From the human T2T-CHM13v2.0 reference genome, Homo sapiens, in assembly GCF_009914755.1 (NCBI RefSeq), contig NC_060927.1: DNA of 64,000 nucleotides. One strand, given 5' to 3'. The stretch's first letter is position 1; every line of letters begins with the position of its first letter. This document shows positions 52,121-64,000 of the stretch, piece after piece. The notes beneath the pieces are model-generated. The model saw only the letters and a program-made list of their open reading frames with translations. It searched no databases and was not told where the DNA came from. The position numbers and the translations under genes were made by a program.

Positions 52121-53098
52121 CGACGGGTCATTCCCAATGAGAAAACCAAGCACAGAGAAGTTAAATTACTTACCAAAGGCCATACAGCTGGTATGTGAAT
52201 AAACAGAGTTCATCCCAGGCAGTTGTGTTCCAGAGCCTGCTAGGAGAGGCAAAAGGGATTGGAGCTCAATAGCGCAGCACGGACTCTCACAGCAGAGTCA
52301 GAGTGTGAAGAGCACAGCATTGTTCATAGCAGAACTGGAGAGTCCTAGAGTCATCCATCAGGGATCGGTGAAAAGGAAGAAATTCTAAAAATACTAGGAA
52401 ATGTCAAGGACTGCCTAAACAAGGCTGTTATTATGTTGGGGGGTGAAAATATGGTCTCATGTGGCCCAAGGCAAGTGGAAGCCTTCATGCTTTCATTTAT
52501 CTTTTCAATCAAGAAAAAATGAAAATATGAGTGTTGGGGGGCAGGAGTGGGTGGGGTATGTGTGTGGTATTTTTCCTTATAAATAATTAACATCTGGAAC
52601 CTTTAGTCAGATACTCAAAGGGGTCATATACGGGAGAAACTAAGGCTTGGACCAGGGAGTTAAAATTTGCAGTGCAGACCAGCTTCAGAAGGTATCTTCA
52701 AGCTCCTCTGCTAAACGTCTGGGTCATCGATGACCTTATGCACATTTGCTCCCTCTAATGGAAGGACAAGGAAATGACATGTCTACTTCAGAAAGGTTAG
52801 TCACATCACAGGAGTAGTGGGTATTGCCAGAAATAAGCCGACTCACCTCTGGAGTGGTTGGTTTCTCTCTGGAACTCTAGCGACCTGAGACAGTTGGGTA
52901 GCTTAGGCCATTTTCGATGTCTAGCTTCTCAGAACTTCTGGGTCAGAAAGGGAGGTTCCACACATTGATTTGGACGTGCTCGACATCTGCGTGAGTGTGG
53001 TGAGTGGAAGAGCATCAGGCCATGTCCCAGGTCTTTCCAAATCAGACTCCATTATTTCTGACATTCCTCTTCCTAAAGACCAGAGGTAGGAATTCAGG

Positions 53099-53109
53099 GC
53101 CGCCATTTT
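53099..53109 (-). promoter_or_regulatory. YY1 consensus site in a CpG-enriched non-repetitive patch
   Basis: GCCGCCATTTT (AAAATGGCGGC on the - strand). Confidence 0.5.
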
Positions 53110-55819
53110 CGTCGTCTCTTATCACGATGGGAATCAGCGTTCTCTGCTGCTGCTCCTGCTGAACACGACGACATTCCAGCCACCGGGAACTGCTCGGGAC
53201 TCAGTATCATTCTCAGACCTAGGCAGGAGCGTTCCGTGCTTGCCCTCCTCCACAGGTGCCCCGCCGCACGGGGCAAAGAGTCTGCAGGGCCAACAGGGAT
53301 GTGCCCCCGCAATGTCCACGCCATCCCCAGAGACCGCATTCTGGTACCCAGAACCTGAGAATTCCCTGCAGACTTTCAAGGCCTGTTCTGGCCGCTTCCT
53401 TGCCAGTGCCACACCCCTGGGGCAGCCAAAGGGCAGCTGTTTGCAGGGGTTGTGGACCGAGTTTGTGATGGAGTTTCAGCGTCCACATGTGTGCCTGAGG
53501 CCCCTAGCAGCCTGGGAGGGAGCAGGGTGAGGGGAGGAGGGGATGGGAGAAGATCTGGCCCACCTCTTCCCCTGCTGTCTCGTTCCTGCAGGAAATGCCA
53601 GAAACTAGGAATTCCACATTCCAACACGGTCTTCCAGATTGCTGTGAAAGTATATTTGTCAAGGGAGGAGAACAGAATATATTTAATTAAGAACTTGCTA
53701 GCCTGGTTTATACCTTTTAAATATTTAGACACATGATATATACGCCTCCATCTGTACACTTGCTCCCCGCCTTGCGAGTGTTGAGGGGGCGGCTGTCATC
53801 ACTCTCCAAAATGCCTGGCTTCTCATCACGCTGTCTGTGTATACAAGCTCCTGACCATGCTGAAACGTTCATGCCCATCCCTACCCCAGCCCCATCCACA
53901 GACGTGATCATTTCTCAATACCTAATTCAAAGGCCCCATCAAAAGCCTCTTCCTTGCAGTGTTGTGTGAGACAGCCCCTCACGCCTCTGCTTGCCTTGAC
54001 CTCCAGCCCCACCACAGCTCTCTGGATTCAGCCGTTTTCAATTCTGCCTCTGCCGTCAGCCAGCGAGCTCCTCCCGGATGTTCCCAGCATCAGCATGCTG
54101 CGGTCAAATGCAAGTCATCTATGAAGTGTGCCGATTCGCCACTCCAGATGACCAACTGCCTTGGTGTGCCTCGCACTGAAGACTCTCCCAAGTTGCAAAA
54201 CATTCAGTGCTAAAACTGAGACAGTCCCAGGCAAATGAGGACGATGGGTCACCCTAACGGGGAAGAGCCTCTTCAGAAAGGAAAGGAGCATCAGCAGGCA
54301 TGGTAGAAGTAGAACTCACTGGCCAATTTCAGTTTCAAACAACTAATAGGACGTTCTTTCCTGAGCAGTGAGGAAACACCTAGGCCACACAGAAATCTGG
54401 CCAGGCTGCACAAGTCTGGCCTGAGAAAATGGAGGGAAGAACCTTGGGACCCAATCTCCAGAGCCCTACTAAAATCCTTCAGTGATTTCACAGTCACTCC
54501 TACTTCTCTCATTTCTCTGAAAAACCTCCTGGGAAACCAAGCTCACCATACTGCTTCCAGCTGCCCACACAAGGCATTTGCCTCTCAGAATTTTTGATAG
54601 CGTCCACCCTAAAAATCAGTGAGTACAAGTCTTCCACTACATCCTGCCCAGTGTGGAGGAAAGCTACAGGTTTTCCTGCTGAGTCCTTTTCTATGTTTAT
54701 GGGTGAAAGCACCTGAATTTCCTTTAGGAAAACCCCCTAACCCTCTTATTCATCAGCCACACCTTCAGACCATATCTGAAATCAGGATCAGGTGACTGGT
54801 GGCCACCTGATGGGATTGGGAAGGAAGCATATAAGCCGGTTTCTAGCACGTGTTTTTTTAAATCTCAACACAAGAATGAGGAAACTGAGTCAAGACCTTC
54901 TCCATTGCCAGAGATAGAAACCCAGTTGTTCATGATATGGGGAGGATATAGCTGGCTTTAAGCAAAACTGAATTCAAGGGCTCTAGCAAAATGATATCTC
55001 TCTCAACCCCTCACTCTCTGTCCCTTTTCTCTCTTACTTTCCTCTGCATTAGCTTCAGTCTCAGACTGGTTCTCCCCAGTTGATAGACAAAGATATCCAT
55101 GCTGAGTGAAATCAAGTTCTCCAAAACAAGTGAAAACACACTCTTCAAAAAAAAAAATAAAAAGTCTTCAAAGGGAGCAGAGATATTTCTAATGATAACC
55201 TCTCAAGAGCAGAGTCTGAATCCACATCCAGGACATCTAACATCAGAGTTGACACTCAGAATCTCTACTAATATAGGGTACGCACCTCCTTTCAGGACAC
55301 ATTAAAGAAAAATTTATCAAAATGACCACAAAACACTCTGCATCGAGCTAAGACTAACTGAGCCAGGCACATACTTTCATCTTTATTCAGAAGAACCTGG
55401 AAAGAAGGTCTTGTTTTCACCATTTAATCAATGCAGCAAGTGAAGGCCCAAGTCCAAGGACTCTGCTGCTCTGAGTGATGACAATCCACACAGGAATGAC
55501 AGCCCCAGTTTACTGACTGGCAGTTCCTCAACCTCAGATATCAACTTACTGGTGCTCAGACTACACTCTCCACATTTCCCTTCTGCCCTCACTTTGTGTG
55601 GTTCCAGGAACACCAGCCTTCACTTCTTCCTGCTTTTACCTGGCCACTCAATGGTTTTTATGCATGAAAGCAAACATGTTAGAATAGGTGACCCAACCAG
55701 TGTGGACATGTATGAAGATCTGCCTACCTCAAGTTCCAGGAACTCGTATGATTAAGAGAAATGACTACTCTGTAATTGTAGTATAAAGAGAGATAATACA
55801 TTTTTGTGTACTTGTGTAT

Positions 55820-56340
55820 TATGTATGTATTTTAAAAGCTAATACATGTACACAGAAAAAATAATTTTCAAATACTGCAAAAGGGTACACAGAGAAAAAT
55901 GGTCTCCCTCCCTCTCTGCCCCCAGGTTTCTCCCTAAAAGTATACACTGTTACCAGATCTTGGGTGTCCTTCCATAGATATCCCATGCATATCTAAGCAT
56001 ATATATATTTTATATATATATAATATATATATGTGTGTGTGCATTTAAACTTACAAATTTTTTCCTTTCTTTTTCTTGTTGTATATAAATGAGAGCACAC
56101 TACACATGCCACTCACTACCTTATTTCATTTGTTTAACAATAGATAATGGAAAACTTTCTATGCTGGGACATATGGATCTCTTTTATTCTTTTAGTGACT
56201 GCATAGTATTCCATTGTATGAATTTGTTTAGGCTCCCTCAAATCATGGGACATTGTATGAATGTTTAACCCATTGTCTAATAATTGGCTAGCATTTGTTT
56301 CTAATCTTTTGCTTTTGTGTTTACATTTTAGACATATTTT
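55820..56340 (-). mobile_element. L1ME-type 3' UTR fragment with (TA)n/(TG)n
   Basis: AATACATGTACAC...AAAGGGTACACAGAGAAAA; TTTAGTGACTGCATAGTATTCCATTGTATG. Confidence 0.6.
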
Positions 56341-57338
56341 TATAATACAGATATAAACAAAGAGAAAAAAAGTTTTCTGCTTAACTCTTATTTAACCAGA
56401 AAATATGATGAACAGAGGCCATACAATATTCTGAGGGTTCTTGGTAGTTGGAATGAAGGTAATTCCAATTCTGAGCTCTCAAGTAAAACTTTTTGGAATT
56501 CTTCTGCTGTGTATTAAATGCAAACTAAACAGAAGTTCGTGTCTTAGGGATCTTTAGTTGCTTAAGCAAAATGTGATGTTGGAAGGAAAAAAGAAACTAA
56601 GGGAGGACAGGGAAAAGCTGGAAACAGGAAGCAGAAAACTTCCCTTTCTCCACCTCTTGTCATCTCTGTGTCCCCCGTGTCACCTTTCTTCATTTCTGTC
56701 TGTGCTAATCATCAGCCTTCTCTGCCTCTCCCTGCCTGTGGATGGAAGATACTAGCCAGCCCTATAGGACCTCACAGGCAAAGGAATCCACGGCCCTCCT
56801 TCCCCACCCCCACTAAAGAGACTGGTTCTCCCATGATCTGATGAGCTCTGGTGAAAGGGACAGAGCCCTATAGTAGAAGATAGCTGCAGGGGCCCCACCC
56901 CAAGGACAAACACGGTGATCAGAGAAGGTTGGGTGGGCTGGGAATGGCCATCAAGTGCCACCACGTGGTTCCACGGGGACGAGAGCTTTGTGGACAAGGG
57001 CTGCTTAGTCAGTAACTCTGCATGAGGGACCCTCAAAGCCATCACGATGGCTTCAACTTGGCTGTCTAGCTTTCTAGCCTGGAGTATTCCATTATAGATA
57101 TGTCAGGATAGGTAAGAAAAAGTTCTGCCAAGGCCTTGTCCAACAACAGCATTTCACACTTATTTGTGGGTAAGATGTGGTGTGCTGAATTGAGGAGTAG
57201 GATTCATGTATTTGTAAAGGATGCTTCAGCTCCTGTCCTCTACACACACACAAAAGTTTTGAGAGTGTTTTCACATCACCTTGTCAGATTGTAAATATGT
57301 TATTCTCAAGAAATGTCATGGATTTGTTTGGGTGACAC

Positions 57339-57639
57339 TTGTTGTTGTTTTTGTTTTCAGACAAGGTCTTACTCTGTCGCCCAGGCTGGAGTGCAGTGGC
57401 GCGATCTCAGCTCACTGCAGCCTTGAACGCCCAGGCTCAAGCTATCCTCCCACCCCAGCCTCCTGAGTAGCTGCGATTACAGGTGCGTGCCACCAAACCC
57501 AGCTAATTTTTTTAATGTTTTGTAGAGATGGTGTCTCACCATGTTACCCAGGCTGGTCTTGAACTCCTGGGCTCAAGCAGTCCACCCGCCTTGGCCTCCT
57601 AAAGTGTTAGGATTACAGGTGTGAGCCACTGCGCCCAGC
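57339..57639 (-). mobile_element. AluJ
   Basis: GGCTCAAGCTATCCTCCCAC; GAACTCCTGGGCTCAAGCAGTCCACCC. Confidence 0.92.
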
Positions 57640-58409
57640 AACCCTTGTTTTGTTCTTTTTGAGAACATATTTTTAAAGAAATATGTTTAGATCTGAAAAT
57701 GAGTAACGTAAAGAAGCCATATGTGTTTGAGAGAAAGTTCACTGAAGCAAGGGTAAGAATCTGTCTCAACTCCTGACTGCGTAACCCCAGCCTTTAGTGA
57801 CAGTTTTAGCAGGAAAGCCCAGTCGGCCCTCTCCGTGAGCATCAGTCTTGGGGCATCTCTCTGAAGAACACTACTGAACCACACAGACTCCGAGGGAACT
57901 CCTACTCTCTGTGCACACTGGAGAGGAAAATCCTGCCAGCAGAGGTCACTGCCGTACCAGCTGGGAGTCAGCAGCGGGACAGCATCATCCCAATAAGGCT
58001 GTGCCCGCCTCTCCCCTGCCCTCTTCTTAACCTGATGGCTGCTTAGCTCATTGAAGGAGATAAATGGCAGTGTTGCACTAACCAAGTGTGCGTGGGCCAT
58101 CAGCAGTTTTTTTTTTCTCAGTAGTAGGCTTTGATATCCCAAACCTAAGGGTGTTTAACATTAATACTCAGAATAAGACACACAGAGAACAGCGGGTTCT
58201 GCTTTCACCTTGGATTGTATTTTTCCGTGTTTAGCCCAATCATAAACTTAATCCACCTGCTTCTTGCCTGGATGACTGAGAGGAGACTCCCACCCCAGGA
58301 CACAAGCCCGTGTGCATACACATGCACATACACACACCCCACACACACAACGTGGCCTGAGGTAACATACATAGATCCTCGTAGAGGAGGAAATGATACC
58401 ATGATATGG

Positions 58410-58650
58410 AACCTCAAACATTTATCATTTCTTGATGTTGGGAACATTTCAAATCTTCTAGCTATTTTAAAATATACAATGAATTATTGTTAACGATAGT
58501 CACCCTACTGTGCTATTGAACACTAGAACTTACTCCTTCTAACTGTATCTTTGTACCCATTATTCAACCTCTCTGATCACCCCTGCTTCCCAGCTGCTGG
58601 TAATCATCATTCTACTCTCTACTCCCATGATATCCACCTTTCAAGCTCCC
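58410..58650 (-). mobile_element. L1MA-type 3' UTR fragment
   Basis: ACCTCAAACATTTATCATTTCTT...CTAGCTATTTTAAAATATACAAT...GTCACCCTACTGTGCTAT...AGAACTTACTCCTTCTAACTG. Confidence 0.8.
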
Positions 58651-59880
58651 AAAAACAAGAGGCATCTATGAGCTACCTGTGGGCCAACAGCTAGCCACAG
58701 ACAGTACCTATGTATAATGGACTGACTTGCCAGCCCTCTCAAATGGCCACCATCAGAGCAAAGACATGTCACCAGGGCTCATCCACCAATTAAAGGTGAA
58801 GGGGAAGAAACTGTAAAATGTGGCAGGAAGCAGTTGGGCACCTACAGACCATTGAATTGCCACATGATGGCATCTACTTCACATACTGGCCAGGGCCAAG
58901 AGGCTGCTGGCCTCAGAGGCCAGGTGAAAATAACAACTACAGGAGCCATTAGGATGTATGGCCTGTCCCCCACCCAAGCACCAGGTAATTGAGCAGCCAG
59001 GTCATTGAACCTTACAGCCTTTGGGCAATGGATGTGTGATATGCTTGTTCCCGTGCAAACATCTAGGCCATTCTGAATCTTTGTGACCATTCCTGACCCA
59101 GAGTGGGACCTAGCAATCGCAAGGCACAAATCTGAAATCTAAGATTAACACAGAGATAATAACTGTCCTATTACATGTTGTCTGCAAAAAACGACACATA
59201 CTTAAAAGCATCTTATTGGAAATGAAGAGATTCTAGCAGAAGAGGAATGATAAATAGAAATTAATTGGACCATTCCCACTGTTGTGAATTTAAAATGTGT
59301 AAAATATTACAAATATTCCCTTTATTCAAAGAAGTGCCTTTCTTCCTTTTAGTGATGGTAAAAGATATTTAGGACATTTTTTTCTTTTGCTACTTTTTGG
59401 GTTTTATTGTTAAAGTGAGACATGCCCACAGTACAGCATGCAAATCTTGCATGCAGCTTAATGAATTTTAACATATGTAAAACGAGTGACAGGCTCTATG
59501 GATCTGTGTCCTCATTTGTCAAGTGAATGTTACTGAGACAGCATTTCTTAAGTCTCCTCTTAGAAACTTTCTTCTAAGCCAGCAAAATTCATTCTGCATG
59601 TTTTGATGCAATAGCTCCTATATCACTATTGCAGTATGTCTTTTGCCCCACACCTAATGCAGTGGCCCTGGCATAATTGGCACTGCATAAATCTTTGTTA
59701 GGCTGAGTTATCCAGAACTGTCTCTGATGCTACCTCCAAAAGAGCCTAGCTTTGGGAGGAGAAGGATGTGAACCAAAGAGCCCACAGTCCATGGTCCACA
59801 GCAATGCCAGTCATCACAGTGCACACAGAGATCCCATCACCCCCACTGGTAAATGCTCACATGGAGGGGGCTTAATAGAT

Positions 59881-59938
59881 ATGGATGGATGGATGGATGG
59901 ATGGATGGATGGATGGATGGATGGATGGATGGATGGAT
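59881..59938. repeat. (ATGG)14 tetranucleotide microsatellite
   Basis: Perfect ATGG repeat. Confidence 0.97.
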
Positions 59939-60239
59939 TTCTGTTCCAAATTCTTCAGGGAGAGAAAAAGAACTAAACAAAAAAGGAAGCGGGTTCTGAG
60001 GTTAAAGGACTGTGGTCTTGACAGAAAAGGGGATTCCCTGGCCATCCAGCCTGATGCTGATTGTTCAAATCAATTTCCAGTTCCTCTGTAGTGTAATGAC
60101 ACAATGAAAAGAAATCAGAAATCCTCCGGAGTTCAGCATCTTGCCTGAAGCCATAACTATACCAGAGTGTTGATATCAACTATTTGCTGAAGGTTTTGTT
60201 TTGTGGCTGATTATGTTAGGTCAGCTGGGAAGAAGTATC

Positions 60240-60600
60240 TGTATCAGTTAGGAAGCTTCAGTCTGCAATCCACAGAAAAACCACCTTAACAAGGTGTCCC
60301 AAAGGAAGCAATTCCAAAGCCCAGCTGTGTCAACAAAGACTCAGGCCTTTATTCACACCTGTCAACTCTGTTTGTAATATCTACCCTCATGGCCAGAAGA
60401 AGGCCAAAGCCAGTCAAAGCATCCAACCCTTAAACGAGTCCAAAAGCAAGAAGAAAGTGCAGCATGACAGGACCCTCTCCCTTCCTTATAGACCCTCAGC
60501 ACTTCACAGTAGGCCAATCCCTAGCAAAGAGGAAAGGGATGGCTCCTATGAGGGTTCTCCATTGACAGTGGTGGCATGGTTACTGAATAGCTGTACAGAA
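60240..60600 (-). mobile_element. Old MLT1 (J/K-type) LTR fragment
   Basis: TGTATCAGTTAGGAAGCTTCAGTCTGCAA...CAGAAAAACC start; CCTAGCAAAGAGGAAAGGGAT. Confidence 0.45.
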
Positions 60601-60824
60601 TCGAGGCTCCATGAGCATGGACAGAGAAGACATGAGTTATGGGTAAACAACAAACATGTTCAACAAACATGGCCGCAGTCGCAGTCCTTGGCAATTATCC
60701 AGGCCAATCAAAACCCAACTAAATAAATTACCTTTTAACTTTAAATAACCAATTGCCATAGTAAAATTGGATCATAGGCCTTGACCAGGCAACCAAGGGC
60801 TCTGTGTAAAAAACTGGCTTCTGG

Positions 60825-61138
<314 letters not shown>

Positions 61139-61603
61139 AACTGGTTTCTGAAGGCCCTCAGTGACAATGTGGGCCTTCTTGCTCTGTTTACCACAGATTC
61201 GCTGCAGCAAATGCAGACACTTGGTAAGTGTGCTTGGCCTCTTCCTGGCTAAAGGGCATGGCTTCAGGAGAAAGCAGTTCATTGTGTGGCCTTGCAGAAC
61301 AGTCATCGTTTGTTCCTTCTCAATGAAACTCTGCAGTCTGGGAACAGAATCGACTAACTTTCAACTTCCCTTGCTAGCTCCACCTCGAGAGCACACCCAC
61401 GTGAGCCTGGATAAATTGCACTGTGAGGAGGAGCGCGGGGGTGGGCAATGACCCTGGAAGGACCAGAGGTGAGGGGAAAGGGTGATTTCCCAGGAAGTAC
61501 CAAAAATGTCACCTAAGAGGTTCGTATACTAACAATTGGTCTTTTATTTCCATCCTTTCTCTGTAGTTATAGAGGCAAGACCAAGGCTATCCCTGAATGC
61601 CAG

Positions 61604-61606
<3 letters not shown>

Positions 61607-61634
<28 letters not shown>
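61607..61634. repeat. (AG)n microsatellite
   Basis: About 14 AG units. Confidence 0.95.
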
Positions 61635-61637
<3 letters not shown>

Positions 61638-62065
61638 AGGGTCTGAGTCGAAGTGTGGTGAAGTGGGCAGGGCCAGAGTGAGTTATACCTGTAGTGATTA
61701 ACCCACCCCCAGGGCTTGCTCTGGTTCCACAGGGTGCCAGTCTTTCCCCTCCCTCTCATGGTTGGGAGGAGGTCATGGGACCAACTTGGTAAAAAACAGG
61801 TGTGTTTGGGGTCATCATTGCTGTCACATGCTCTCCCAGCCTCTTTTCCACCTTCTTCTTTGTTCTGCTTCTACTTCCATCCTTTTGCCGTGACTCTGCA
61901 TTGGCTGCAGTAGAAGGAGCCATTTCCCCTAAGACCCCTAAGACCAGGGTATGTGTACCACAAGAGGTGCCTGAGATCATTTCAGTGGCACATTTTATAG
62001 TTTAATAGATATGCACTTATTTTACTTCTCTTTACCAAAAAACCGCAAGTTGTGTGGTAGCCATA

Positions 62066-62439
62066 TATACTAGTGTGTTCTCATGCTGCTATAAAGAACT
62101 GCCCAAGATTGGGTAATTTATAAAGGAAAGAGTTTGAATTGACTCACAGTTCCACAGGGCTGGGAAGGCCTTAGAAAACTTACAATCATGGCGAAAGGGG
62201 AAGCAAACATGTCCTTCTTCACATGGCAGCAGGAAGGAGAAGTGCAGAGCAAAGCAGAGGAACAGCCCCTTATAAAACCATCAGATCTCATGAGAACTTA
62301 CTATCATGAGAACAGCATGGGGGTAACCGCCCCCATGATTCAATGACCTCCCATCAGGTCCCTCCCACAACATGTGAGGATTATGGGAACTACAATTCAA
62401 GATGAGATTTGGGTGGGGACACAGAGCCAAACCATATCA
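62066..62439 (-). mobile_element. THE1 (THE1C-like) solo LTR with 5-bp TSD CCATA
   Basis: GACTGGGTAATTTATAAAGGAAAG-type start, ends GGGGACACAGAGCCAAACCATATCA; CCATA at 62061-62065 and 62440-62444. Confidence 0.92.
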
Positions 62440-63326
62440 CCATAAGAATTCCATTGATTCTTGAGCTCTTCCTCCAGGAAGAGAATGCTGAACTCCCCAT
62501 AGAGGCTGAGGAAAACAAGACCCAAATGAAAGGGACTTGCCTGGCATCATGGAGCATAAAAACAGTGATTTCAGGATTAAAAACCATGTCTGGGGTTCCA
62601 GTGCTTTTCTCTCCACGCCACTCTTCTGTTAAATACATCTGTTTCATCTGGTGCACTTTCTATTTTTATATTAACAAAATTTTTCTTGTAAATTAATGGA
62701 AATGGCTGCTTTCTAGAGGACAATATAGAGAACTGGTAATTTCTGGATCTAACCTGATTTGTAATGCCACTTGCACCTACAGCTTTTAACAACTCTCTGA
62801 ATATCTTTCTATTTCCTCATCCAGGAAATTACAGGACATTTCTGACATTTCAATGAGTTTTTAGTTAGGGACTTTAAAGGTAATAAGTATCTATTGCCTG
62901 GTTTCAAAGGAAGCATAACTGAAATTAAAGTCTAGTACACCAAATAAAAAGCTACATCATAGACAAGATAGCACAGCTTACATTTCTTTGTCAATCTGTT
63001 TTGTAAATGTCTGCATTTCTCATTGCAGACTCAATGTAACTGAGACATCTAGTGTTCAGTCCTAAGAAAAACAAATTTCCATGAATCTGGGTTTAAGGAA
63101 TTCACAAAATCCCTTTTATGTTCCCTCTGAGTAAAACTGAATTATTCTCCCCATCCCCGATCCTGGGAAACCTCTTTATGGCTCTTCCTGGGCTTAGCTC
63201 TTTCCCAGGTGAAAATTTTTTTCATATCACAGACGCTTATGAAATGTTTCCCACATTTAGTGTTCTTGTTATTATAACTGTGTTGTGAGTCACATGGATA
63301 AAACCCATCCCCTCAGTCCAACCTCA

Positions 63327-63703
<377 letters not shown>

Positions 63704-63879
63704 TCAATGGGGCTGCATGTAGGTCACACCTTGTTTTCTGGATTTCTAGTAATTAAGAATGTACACATAAACCCAAAATATTTAAATTATTTCATATGAA
63801 TGTAAATAACATTAATTTCTATCACATAATGAATAATATTTGCATATCAGGATAACTTATAAAGGTGAATTGTATATTA

Positions 63880-64000
63880 AATATGGCAGCAAAAGCACAA
63901 GCAACAAAAAATAGGTGAACTGGACATCACCGAAATTTAGAACTTTATGCTTCAAAGGGCACTATCAAGAAAATGAAGACAACCCACAGAATGGTAGAAA
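63880..64000 (+). mobile_element. L1M ORF2 3' fragment running off the window
   Basis: AAAAGCACAAGCAACAAAA...CTGGACATCA...TGCTTCAAAGGGCACTATCAAGAAAATGAAGACAACCCACAGAATGG. Confidence 0.8.

Noticed and set aside
59604-59612. ATF4/CEBP composite site TGATGCAAT
   Set aside because: A single 9-mer is expected by chance in 64 kb, and there is no supporting context.
59752-60091. ORFs with MDGW repeats
   Set aside because: Translation of the (ATGG)n microsatellite.

Overview
Primate, most likely human, genomic DNA containing the 3' part of ZBTB38 (CIBZ) on the + strand; the human gene is recalled as 3q23. The window opens in a CpG-island promoter with candidate first-exon donors at 94 and 797, followed by a 105-nt non-coding exon (1571-1675) and a ~38-kb repeat-rich intron with further candidate alternative 5' exons. 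One terminal exon starts exactly at the ATG (40031) and carries the whole 1195-aa CDS (BTB domain plus 10 zinc fingers) and a 3' UTR of up to ~3.8 kb. The rest is intergenic sequence with Alu, MIR, L1, L2, MaLR/ERV LTRs and DNA-transposon relics. No prokaryote-type system, CRISPR array or second protein-coding gene is supported. The most interesting signals are: (i) splice-choice control of ZBTB38 translation start, via a strong-Kozak upstream ATG that gives either a 42-aa uORF or a 15-aa N-terminal extension, and an exon ending in ATG; (ii) a candidate antisense transcription unit downstream of the gene; (iii) an L2-derived 41-bp minisatellite carrying six GTGAGT motifs; (iv) a vestigial zinc finger and an HCF-1-type motif in the protein. 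Repeat subfamily names come from remembered consensus sequences, not a database search, and repeat boundaries are approximate.
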